20,000 nt of DNA, taken from Toensbergia leucococca (Eukaryota). Positions within the stretch are counted from its first letter, which is position 1. Each line of letters opens with the position of its first letter. A program made the position numbers and the translations under genes. Shown here in pieces: positions 1 through 10,269 of this stretch. The notes under the pieces were generated by a model. It was not told the DNA's origin, ran no database searches, and saw nothing but the letters and a program-made list of their open reading frames with translations. Where the stretch lies: assembly GCA_022813965.1 (NCBI GenBank), contig JALDZS010000125.1:53511-73510 (forward strand), given 5' to 3'.

Positions 1-1693
1 CACTTGCAAGTCATCTGCGCCGACTCCGCCATGCTGGTGCAGTTCATGGCCTTTCTGAATACCTATCGACTGAAGTCCCTCCCAATTTTTCTTTATTACC
101 TTGACTCATCAAAAGCACTAAAAGCTGTCAATTTTGCAAACGCCATTCTTCATGATCTGAAAGCAGTGGAGGGCTGCGATTTTACATCGTGCGCTCTTCA
201 AGTTACCACCAACACTGACCTTGAAGATAAAAACAATCAAGCTTTTGAGGTGCTGGTCAAAGAAGATCTTCCGGCTTACATTGCTCACATCTACATACAA
301 TCAGTCAGTGCAAGTATTTCCAAGAGAGTAAAAGGTACTCTCCCTGCCCACCTGAGAGAAGCATCCGAGGGACTGGCCGAGGTTTTCTGTATTACGGACC
401 CATCCAAACCTGACAACCCTATCGTCTTCGCTTCTAAAGGTAAGCCTGCCCTGATCGAAGTAAAATCTTGGGCAACGCTGAAGTAGGTGGGCATCAGAGT
501 TTCATCTCACAACCCAGTATGGAGTCAACTACGCCATAGGACGTAACTGTCGATTCCTTCAGGGTGCTCAAACGAATCCTTTGAGCATTAAGAGACTACG
601 TGATGCGATCCAAAATGGCAAGGAACATTGCGAAGTACTACTTAATTAGTCAGTCCCTCTGCTCACACTTGCGAAGCATGTCATTGCTAAAATCCTGTGC
701 AGTCACCGTGATGGCTCTGCGTTTATGAACATGCTTATGATAGCCCCTCTCCGTGATGGGAAAGGCAAGGTCCGGTACTACATTGGCGCTCAAGTCGATG
801 TCAGTAATCTCGTAAAGGAATACACCGACATGGAATCGCTACAACGACTTGTTCTGCAAGAGCGTAGAAAGCGAAGCTCTGCTGAAGGCGCGGGTATTGA
901 TGAAGCTGAAGAGAAAAAGGACGAATTCCAAGAGCTCAGCGAGATGCTGAACTCTGAAGAACTAGATACCGTTCGACGATTCGGCGGCCGAATGTTCGCT
1001 CGTCCCGATGATGCTAAAGATGGTTCAAAAGGTGGCACGCAAAGACCCCGACTCCGCCTAAAGCAGTCAAACACGGACTTCAATCTTAGTTCTCGCCTCG
1101 ATCAGAGCGCAAGTGGTCTCTTGACCGGTGTCTACCAACACGTACGTCCTCTCTCTTTCCTGTCTCGTGCGTTACTGATCTAGTTTCAGTATCTTCTCTT
1201 GCGCCCGAATGCATCCCTCAACGTGCTCTACACTTCCCCCTCTCTCGCTCCTGTATGCCAGTCCTCATTCATGCCCCACGTCGTTTCTGCACCCCGCATC
1301 CGCGAGTCACTTATCGCGGCCTTCGCAGAAGGTCGTAGCGTAACTGCGAAAATCAAATGGATAAACTCGCCTAGGGCCGCCAGCAAGGACAACGAAGCCC
1401 ACACGGCCGAAGATGGTCGCAACAAATGGATACATTGCACGCCTCTTTATGGCTCGGATGGTCGCATCGGAGTCTGGATGGTTGTATTTGTTGATGATGA
1501 CAGTGAGACGGACGGAGAGAAAGAACGACGTTGGGATAGGGAAACCGCGTACGGATCCAGCAGTTCTATCAAGGATTTTCAGGTGGGTGAGGAATCTAGG
1601 CCAGCGAGTTCAAAGGGCAGCTTTGATGTGGCGAGTCTGTACGGGAGTGGCAAAGGCAAGGGAGCTGAATCGGTTTACTCGGTGCGGATTTGA
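1..1693 (+). CDS. RGS-LOV-DUF type blue-light sensor (BcLOV4-like family), 5' end outside the window; exons <1-439, 498-648, 703-1141, 1190-1693
   Basis: Splicing three GT-AG introns (440-497, 649-702, 1142-1189) gives one continuous frame. It reads ...EVFCITDPSKPDNPIVFASKEFHLTTQYGVNYAIGRNCRFLQG...VLLNYHRDGSAFMNMLMIAPLRDGKGKVRYYIGAQVDVS, a full LOV domain with the flavin-adduct Cys (GRNCRFLQ at 539-562). The upstream helical region (FMAFLNTYR...LYYLDSSKALKAVNFANAI) is RGS-like. The C-terminal PAS-like DUF contains KWIHCTPLYGSDGRIGVWMVV. Confidence 0.93.
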
Positions 1694-1997
1694 AGAGACA
1701 GAGAATCTCTGTGCCTTTTTTTTAAGGGGGTGTGGTCGATGTTACGTTGCGAGCTCTCAGATGGTCTCGTTTCGGGCGTTTTTTTTTTCATCATGGTTCT
1801 GGGCATGCATATACCCTTTACTAGCATAGCATCGGTTGTACTGTCAACCTCGCTCGCGGAATTCTACCAAAAGGGCCTTACCGGTTTAGGTCTCTTTCTT
1901 GTATTTGGTAGATTCTAGATTTTGCATGAAAGGGAATTGATTTCCCTCTTTTTTTTTTTGTCTTTTTTTTGGGGGGGGGGACATCCGATTGATTGGG

Positions 1998-2015
1998 TAG
2001 GTAGGTAGGTACCTA
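1998..2015. repeat. (TAGG)n microsatellite ending in the palindrome TAGGTACCTA
   Basis: taggtaggtaggtaccta read directly from the sequence. Confidence 0.85.
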
Positions 2016-2508
2016 TTGGGCGTACTCGTAGAAAGATATGGGGGGGTTTTTTCTAAATCGAACCGCCCCCCTTTTTTTTCCCGGGAGAAGGGCAGGTTTT
2101 TGCTTTTTTAGTCGTCTGAGGGTTTTGTTGAGATGGTACGTGTATATGATTATCTTTTTTCTTGAAATTTTTTCTGTTTGCCCTCACTCACTCATTCGTC
2201 GTTTTGATTGGGTTTGTTTTGTTTTATCAGGCTACTTATGTACCCTTTTTTTTTTTTTTTTTTGTCTATCTACCGTCACCAATAGCTGCCCATTTTTGGG
2301 GGGGGATTGTGTGTTTTTGTGTTTTCTTTGGTTTCGGGGGGTTTTTTTTTCTTTCTTTCTTTCTTCTTACCTGATGATGACGGCGATGACGATGAGGAGG
2401 AGGAGGAGGGGCTGTCACATATATACCCCCTCCCCTCCCCTCCCCTCCTCTCTCCTCTCCTCTCTCCTCCCTCCTCCCTCCACTTCCCTCCCCCCTCCCT
2501 CACCACCA

Positions 2509-2548
2509 CACAAACCCACAAACCCACAAACCCACAAATCCACAAACT
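2509..2548. repeat. 8-bp tandem repeat (CACAAACC) x5, last two copies degenerate
   Basis: cacaaacc cacaaacc cacaaacc cacaaatc cacaaact. Confidence 0.9.
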
Positions 2549-3447
2549 CCAAAAAAGAATACACTATAGGGCTCCAATCACCTAAGTCCGCAAACCCCCT
2601 GCTCCAACCCCAAACCCAATCTACCCTTCCTCGCCTACATCGAATTCAGGTAAGAAAAGTGCCTCATTTGTTCGTTGTACGCCAGGGGGCGGCCGACCGA
2701 AACTTCCACCGCGTTAATTTAATTTCATTTTCTAGGATGGATCCTTGCCGGTTTTGTGTATGATGGTTTTTGGGGGGTTTTATGGTCCTCTCTTTTTCGG
2801 CGGTGATTGTGGGATTTTTCTTTTTTGGGGGTTGGGGGGGGGGGTTTTTTGGGGTCTTTTGGGATTACGTAGATCGATGAGGTAGATACTACAACTCTTA
2901 CACCCTTCCTCCCCCCCCAAAGCCAGTACGAACCCCACACCCACATCCACAACCTCCCTCCCTTCCCGCCCATATCACAAAACACACACCGTTCCAATCC
3001 ATCACTACCCAAAATCCCGGTCCCACTAATTCATTAATTCACTCCTTAATTTTTTTCTTTTTCAAATTTCCCTATCCCCCTCCCCCCCGTCGACGGGTTA
3101 GGCCCAGCTTGAGGGCTCTTGGTTTTACGTGTAGAATCTAGGGGAGTTTTGAGTCCAAGTCTGCGGGGTAATTATAAACAGGTCGATTGGATGCATTTTT
3201 TTGTGAGTGAGACTCCCCCTTTTTTGTGGGTGGGGAGCTAGAGGAGGGGGGGATCGGTTGGTTTTTCTTTGCGGGTGCTGGGCTGGGCTGCTGGGGATTG
3301 GGGGATGGATGGAGCTGAAGGGGGAACGTTTGCACGTACGTACTCCGGATTTTATGATACAGGTACATGCGATGCGGGCGGATGGGCGTGTGAGGGGTTG
3401 ACTTATCGGAGAGTCCGGCTGGGCTGGGCTGCAGAAGGCGGGGTAAA

Positions 3448-3478
3448 TAGGTAGGTAGGTAGGTACCTACCTAGGTAG
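3448..3478. repeat. (TAGG)n/(CCTA)n inverted microsatellite containing the 18-bp palindrome TAGGTAGGTACCTACCTA (3456-3473)
   Basis: Read directly; lies about 180 bp upstream of the OsmC-family start codon. Confidence 0.85.
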
Positions 3479-3652
3479 CTTGGTTCGCACCGTCATGGCG
3501 GGGTACAGAAACAAACTCACTTCCCCACACCAAGGTCAATTGAATCCGCTTCAAAGGATCGTCTAAACTCAACATCAGCGCCCCCAAACGCCAGCTTAAA
3601 GAATGAAGCTTTCCAGCTAAGACGGCCTCCTCCTCTGCCACCCCAACCAGCC

Positions 3653-4198
3653 ATGGACGCCCCCACCCTCCGCGCCAAACAAGCTCCCCTCAAAGACACC
3701 TACCGCACCACCCCCTCCTCCGCCCTCCTGACCCTTAAAACAAGCGGCACCCTCGACTCCTCCACGCTCACTTGCAAACTCTCCACCGGCGCAGCCCTCG
3801 CCTCCGCCAAGGAGAAAATCGCAGGTCTTCACCCCGCAGCTGGCGGTGACGATCCCACCATCTCCGGCGAGCTGTGCAGTGGCGATATGCTGCTCGAGGC
3901 ACTGGTGGCGTGCGCGGGCGTCACGCTCAAGGCTGTGGCGACGGCGATGGAGATTCCGATCCGGTCCGGTAGGGTGCTGGCGGAGGGTGATTTGGACTTT
4001 AGGGGGACGATGGGAGTGGACAAGGGGGCTCCGGTGGGATTTGTGGAGGTGAGGTTGGGGTTCGAATTGGATACTGATGCTGAGGTTGGGAAGGTGGAGA
4101 AGCTGGTAGAGCTTACGGAGAGGTATTGTGTTGTTTTGCAGACGATTTCAAAGGGGCCGAGGGTGGTTGTTTCGGCGAGGAAGATCGAGGGGGGGTAG
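3653..4198 (+). CDS. OsmC/Ohr-family protein (181 aa, intronless)
   Basis: GLHPAAGG...ELCSGDMLLEALVACAGVTLKAVA...AEGDLDFRGTMGV...LTERYCVVLQTI carries the two conserved family cysteines (ACAG, RYCVV). Start context CAGCCATGG. Confidence 0.93.
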   Translation: MDAPTLRAKQAPLKDTYRTTPSSALLTLKTSGTLDSSTLTCKLSTGAALASAKEKIAGLHPAAGGDDPTISGELCSGDMLLEALVACAGVTLKAVATAMEIPIRSGRVLAEGDLDFRGTMGVDKGAPVGFVEVRLGFELDTDAEVGKVEKLVELTERYCVVLQTISKGPRVVVSARKIEGG

Positions 4199-5734
4199 AG
4201 GGTTGGTTGGCGGTTGTGGATGTTGGCAGAAGCTGGTTTTGGATTGGGGAAAGTTGCGGGAGTCGTTGTACATGGGGCTGTGTGGCCTGTACCCATTGCT
4301 TATTTGGGGGTTGCCGAGAATGTAGGATTGACTCGAAGAACGGACTTCATGGATATTCATAGCAACTGGAGTCCTTACTGGGAGCCATGTGGGCGCCGTG
4401 CTCTACCAATACTGACCACCAAGAGGTGTTGTTTTTTCCCTGCCCCACATCTCCAGCTCTCAAGCATGGACTATCTGCAGTATGGACATTACCAGCTTAC
4501 TCCACGATCCCAAGCTCTTGCAGATCTCTCATGGTAGCCAAGGTCGGCTCCAATTTGATGCTGGATGTGGTGCTGCCATAACGAGTAGAGCAAAATCTTC
4601 CAAGGCGGCTGGACTCTTCCATACGGATTTCAGGCGCTCGGTTTGTCGAGCTATAGATGAGGTGGGGAAGGACGGCGAATTGGTGCTTTCCTTGACTGGA
4701 CTGCGGAATGCGACGTTATAGTATTGGCTGCGTCAACGGACTCGTTCAAAGATTCCTTCATCGGTGGGGGGTGTGTGTGCTTTTGCTCGCAGGATGGAAA
4801 TTAGCTGTTGGGGATGCTAATATTGGGAGTAGCGAAGTGAGGCGGCGGCGCAGTAGAGTAGGTAATCTCAGCTTATTTCATGCATGTAACGATGGCGAGG
4901 CGATGTAGAGGAAGCAGGTGACTGTTTAACTGAGTGGAAGGATTCTTGCGTCACTTGCTCCATAGTCAAAGGTCAATTGATCCCATCGATGGGATAGGGG
5001 GTTTAGCTAGCTGCGGCCTGTGGGTAGAAACATGGTAACAAGCGAGGTAGGGATGTGGTAGAATACGGATATTTAATCTCTAGCGCGAAGTCCACTCGTC
5101 CAGACCTAACCCTCGACCTTTATTTCAGTGCAGTATCCCTACCGAGTACTTTCGTGACTGAACCAAGAACATCGTTGCAGGTAGACTGTGACATTACTGG
5201 GCAGTGCCATGGTTAAACAAGTGAAGTGCAATCAAATACCGAGTCACTGTTGAAACGGCCAGGAGTTTAGTCTGTCTGACAAGGCTGAATCAAACGCCAC
5301 CTCCGCTGATTCGCTGGTAGCTGCTTTGACGGAGCTGCATGAGTAGAATAACATTTTCTCTAGGTACTTGAAAAGTCGAAAATATCCTTCTCTGAACGCG
5401 GCTGACACAATGGCTTGCAGATGTCCGCACCACCCATCCGCTCTCATTGGTTTATTGCCCCAAGTCCTTTCGGGATGGCGCTTCTTGTATTTGCCTTGTT
5501 TCTGTAGGCAGCACTGCGCCCCGTATTCGAAGCGGCACGGGCGCATGAGGCATTTCCAAGCCCCGCTATTCGAGATGGCCTTCTCCAGTCGTCGTTCTTT
5601 TCTTTCAAACGACTTGATTTCCTGCAAATCAGTCGGTCTAGAAGAAGCGCATTCTGCGAAGAAAAGCTGCAAGACATCTCATTGATAGCTTACTTCTAGC
5701 GCTATTCCATTCCATCAGGGCAAGAATATCCACC

Positions 5735-8409
5735 ATGGGCTCTGGCTCGGTAATAGGAGAAGAACGAGCCGAGTCAATTGATGATGAATTTGTCAACTCT
5801 GCCTTCGTGAATCCCTTTCAGGGGAAAAGCCATGCCGCCATGGATCAACTAATTGCACAATTCATGGCCATAACCCAAATCGACTCGACTTACGCCGAGC
5901 ATATTCGGAAGGGTGCCTTCCTCGCGCAGGACCATGAGGCTTTTGCGAGACCACGAGACGATGGACTTCAACTCAAGACGGATGAGTGGGAGGCTTTAAG
6001 GCGAGAGCGTGATAGTAAATGGAAGCAACCGTGGATTTTATTCGCTTTGGTTGGATGTTGCTCTTTGGGTGCGTCTGTACAAGGTTGGGATGAAGTAGGT
6101 TACCTGATTCGAGCTTCTGAGAAAAATACTGATATCTCTGCCAATTGAAGACAGCCGTCAATGGAGGTATGAACATCGTGGAAGGTGACATTGACCAGAA
6201 GCTAACGTCAAATGTGCCATTGTAGCGCAAGTCTTTTATAGGCATGCGTTCGGCATCCAGGACAACCCCGGCTTGCAAGGTCTTGTGAATGGAGCTCCTT
6301 ACTTGTGTTGTGCCGTTCTAGGATGTTGGTTGAATTATCCCCTTAATCACTACTTGGGAAGAAGGGGAACCATTTTCGTCACTTGCCTACTTTCTAGCCT
6401 GACTTGTCTATGGCAAGCACTTACAGGTTCATGGTGGCATTTGTTCATAGCCAGATTCTTTCTAGGTTTGGGAATAGGAGCGAAAAGTGCGACCATTCCC
6501 GTCTATGCTGCAGAGTGTACTCCAGCCAATATCCGAGGCGCTTTCGTCATGATGTGGCAGATGTGGACTGCTTTCGGTATCATGCTTGGCTATATGGCCG
6601 GAGTCGCTTTCCGATCTGTACTCGATGCTGGTTCGAGCAAATGCGCTCCTGGGGCAGATCCGCAAACACTGCTGAGTATTTCTTGCGTAAGTGACCAAAA
6701 ACGACCAAGCTACAATGAGGGAGTTATGGCTGATATATTCGATCGATATGCAGAGTCTCAACTGGAGGCTGATACTAGCAAGTCCGGTATGTTGCCATCT
6801 CTTATGGCCAGTCCCATGTAGATTGGGTCTCCCATGGAAGAAGTACTGGAAGCTAAACGATCCGTTGTTAGATGGTACTCCCACTCGTAGTCGTTGCCTA
6901 TGTCTTTACTCTACCAGAATCACCACGGTAAGACTTTCTTAGTTTCGATGCAGCTTTAGCTTCCGCTGGATTAGCCGATTGCTAACACTCTTGCCTCCTT
7001 AGCTGGCTTCTGCTCAAAGCTCGATCGGGAGAAACTGCCAAATACAAAAAGGCGTTTGACTCGCTACGCAGACTCCGGCACACCAGACTTCAAGCTGCCA
7101 GAGATCTCTTCCTTATCCATCATCTTCTGGACGCCGAGGAGAAGATCAAACACCACCGTCATAGGTTGATAGAGCTATGGTCGGTTGGTCGTAACCGCAG
7201 GGCTTTGATTGCGAGCTTGATTGTCATGTTTATGCAACAATTCTGTGGTGTAAACGTCTTGGTCTATGTATGTTTCCTTCTCATACCTTCTCTGTATCTT
7301 CGCCGTGGCGTTATGTTGGACATCTTGTAGAGTTGCTGACATATTCCCAAGTATTCTTCCTCGATCTTTGGAGATGCCAATTACAGCTCGGCGAAAGCTC
7401 TATTAGTATGCACCTCTTACGTTCAAGGCTGTCTAGTATGCTTGACTAATTGCAACTTAGGCTTCAATGGGATTTGGAATCATCAACTTTGTATTTGCGA
7501 TCCCGGCAATCTTTGCTATCGATAGCTTCGGTCGACGGAATCTGCTCCTTACGACATTTCCCTTGATGGCATTGTTCCAATTGTTGACTGGACTTGCGTT
7601 CTTGTTCAAAGGCGAAGCACAGACTGTTTTGGTCATGGTTGGGATGTGTGAGTCTACTCTTTCAATGTTGTGTACTTGATCACTCAAGCTTACCACATCT
7701 TGACATGCAGACCTTTTCAGCGTAGCCTACAGTCCTGGAGAAGGACCAGTGCCATTCGTAAGGAACACGCAGATCTCTTGGTCAATGAAAGTTGCTAAGG
7801 TTTTCTTTAGGTCTACTCGGCTGAAAGCATGCCACTCTACGTTCGCGACCATGGTCAGTTGATGTTTTCTGATGGCGTTTGAGTGACGACTGACCTTGAT
7901 GTCCAGGCATGTCTGTGGTCACTGCCATTAATTGGTTGTTCAATTTCACAGTTGCTATATCATTCCCAAGGCTGGAGAAGGCCTTTAAACCTACTGGAGC
8001 GTTTGGCTACTATGCTGCTTGGTGTGTAGTTGGATGGTTTCTAATACTACTGTAAGTCCTGTCCTTTCGATGCTCCAAGCTCTGGAGTTCGTCAGGAAGA
8101 TGCAGATGCTAATACTTGAAATACATTAGGTTCGTACCGGAGACAAAGAGCCTTACTCTGGAGCAACTAGATGCTCGGTTCAACATGTCGTCTCGGGATC
8201 ATGCATCTCATGCGATCAAAGAGTGTTTGTACAATATTCGTCGCTTTACTCCCGGACTCAAGGCCGGAAACAAGCCTGAAGACCCTTTGCGGTCAAGGTC
8301 GCAGCAGTTGACTCGTCTTCCACGAAAGATTTCGCTGGATGAAGGAGTTCCACATTCGTTTTCCATGCCTGTGCAAGTATCGCCTTTTGGACCTAACAAA
8401 ACGGAATGA
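5735..8409 (+). CDS. MFS sugar porter (sugar/inositol/polyol transporter-like), about 648 aa, 12 exons: 5735-6094, 6151-6166, 6226-6686, 6754-6786, 6872-6927, 7003-7267, 7352-7405, 7461-7647, 7711-7757, 7811-7853, 7907-8051, 8130-8409
   Basis: Eleven GT-AG introns; exon total 1947 nt, divisible by 3. Sugar-porter motifs are restored across junctions: QGWDETAVNGA, LGRR, YAAECTPANIRG, PESPRWL, QQFCGVN, DSFGRR, GEGPVPFVYSAE, PETK. Confidence 0.95.
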
Positions 8410-8547
8410 TGAGATGTTGTATATTCTTGTAAATTGTTATTGCAGAAGTCAGTGTAATGTATTTAATTGTGAGATAAGTGGAGTCTTTTAAAGTACCTAC
8501 TACAGTCTGCCATGACTGCCACTCTCACTGTACTGCTTCGTTGCTAC

Positions 8548-8585
8548 TGATCATTCACAATTGATCATTCATAACTGATCATTCA
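8548..8585. repeat. TGATCATTCA x3 at a 14-bp period
   Basis: Exact 10-mers at 8548, 8562 and 8576. Confidence 0.9.
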
Positions 8586-8755
8586 CCACAACCACAATTC
8601 ACAGTCCGACCCATCCAAGCAAACCTCATACTCTTCCTCTTCCTCTTCTACTTCTTCTTCCTTTCACATCCATCTACTCTTCCTTCCCATCCACACCCAT
8701 CCTAAAACTCACCCTCATCCAAAAACAACACCACAATCTCACCCTTCCAAAAACC

Positions 8756-9199
8756 ATGCGTTCCTTCATCCAAACCCTCCTCGCCCTCTCCATCACCCTC
8801 CTAACCCTCCCCACCTCAACCTCAGCCCAAGACTGGGCCTTCACAGTCTTCGAGCACAAAGATGTCAGCAGCGGCGGCACCTGCGTCACCTACACCGAGG
8901 GCTTCTCCGGCAACGGCAACTCGGCCTGCATCCCCGTCCAGGCCAAATGGGACTCATACTGCTATGTCGTCAATACCAATTTCGGGTCGGAGAATTGCTT
9001 TGTGGAGCTTTTTACCAAGGCGGATTGTTCGAGTGGGTATATTGGGGGGTTTATTGGGAAGGATGGTGAGTTTTTTTGATTGGGTTTGTTGGGGGGTGGT
9101 TTTTGAGGGCTTTTTTGGCTAACAGATTGGTGTGTAGTCAGCGAAGGCTGCGTCAATACGGAGAATGTCATCCGTGCCTTCAAGGTCATCTCCTGCTGA
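8756..9199 (+). CDS. Small secreted cysteine-rich protein (123 aa); exons 8756-9065, 9138-9199
   Basis: Signal-peptide-like MRSFIQTLLALSITLLTLPTSTSA. Intron 9066-9137 (GTGAGT...GCTAAC...TAG) gives C-terminus ...GKDVSEGCVNTENVIRAFKVISC*. Seven Cys in the mature region. Confidence 0.85.
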
Positions 9200-10269
9200 T
9201 GTCTCAACCTCCAAGGTAAGTCCCACTTCCGTTACTCCCAGCACCAAAGGTTCGCCGACGACCTCGATACTAACGCCACACCATTCTTTTGACTGCAGAT
9301 ACCCCCCAGTTTTTTAAAACTTGGAAGTGAGGGGGGAGATGGGAAGATGGCAATAATCCCCTTTTCTTCTTCTTCTGGGTTTGCGGGATGGTGGATGGGA
9401 TTTTCCAAGGGGGGGGCTAGTCTGGTGGCAGGGAGATTTGGATTGCTCTTTTCCTTTTTTTTTACCTGAGTGAGGATGTGGCTTTGATGGGTGTGGGGCT
9501 TGTTCTTGTTAGCTTGATCGATGCGAAGGGGCTCTGATAGATCAGAAAGAGAATTCTTAACTCTTTCTTTGCATGCCATGTGGCACGGCCCCCCTTCTTC
9601 TTCTTCTTCGGTGCTTTGTAAATCTCAAGTTACCGTTGTCAGTTGTCAGCCGTATAGGAGCTAAACCTCACTCATGTAAGTGTTGGGTTTGAAGCGGTGC
9701 TAGCTTCAGATTTGTACGTCTTTGCTGCTTTTGGTTGTGTTGGAACGGGTGTTTTATGACCCACCTAGAATGTCTGAATGAAAAGGGAAGAATTTTGTGT
9801 GTGATTTTAATTGGAGCTTCTGTGCACAAGGCTCTGTAAATGGAATCGATGCTAGAGTCAAGAGATTTTTTCTTCCATGGAAAGGGGGGTGCTTGAGATG
9901 TTTCGTTGAGCATGGTTATGTATGACACTCATATCTTCAGCCCTTCACATCTTATGAAAAGGGATATGCTCAGGGATACTGTCACAATGTCTTTAATTTG
10001 ATGAAAAGTCTTGACGGAATCTCGGATTTGGTCATCTGAGGATCTTGTCTTTGGACTCGGATACAAATGCCGCCAGAAACACTCATCAATACTCCCCCCG
10101 TTCATAGCCCTGAACCCGCCTGCCTCTGACAAAATGCCGGGATATTTCTAGGTAGAACACCCGCTTTCCTTCTTCACGGACACAGATATCAACAGATCGC
10201 TACTACCCAGTTGCGCAGAGATATTCTCCACCAGGCGCTGTAGCAAACACATCCTCCCCTCCCCCCCGG

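Larger units (their letters stand above)
1950..3480. other. Low-complexity intergenic block with alternating G/T-rich and C/A-rich segments and long homopolymers
   Basis: Poly-T, poly-G and poly-C runs plus (CTTT)n, (GAG)n and (CCCCT)n. All ORFs here translate to low-complexity F/G/P/S-rich strings. Confidence 0.8.

Noticed and set aside
2364..2374. U1 snRNA 5' end (CTTACCTG)
   Set aside because: Lacks the preceding A, the U1-70K/U1A loops and a nearby Sm site.
2509..2548. Interstitial telomere or CRISPR-like array
   Set aside because: A short 8-bp microsatellite with no spacers; the unit is not TTAGGG.
2696..2710. RNase P CR-I-like GGAAGTTTCGGT on the - strand
   Set aside because: No convincing CR-IV/CR-V partner was found.
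2038..3454. Multiple ORFs up to 241 aa in the low-complexity block
   Set aside because: Translations are homopolymer-driven F/G/P/S runs with no domain signal.
3829..4296. Antisense ORFs over real genes (e.g. 3829-4296, 16648-17175, 19771-19971)
   Set aside because: Shadow frames of the coding strand.
5244..5685. Overlapping 142-aa (-) and 105-aa (+) ORFs upstream of the sugar porter
   Set aside because: Non-ATG starts, no recognisable motifs; most likely promoter/5'UTR sequence.
9108..9140. Resemblance to the U2 snRNA 5' region (GGC..TTTTGGCTAA..GTGTAGT)
   Set aside because: It is the branch point (GCTAAC) and 3' splice site of the secreted-protein intron. The downstream U2 sequence and Sm site are absent.
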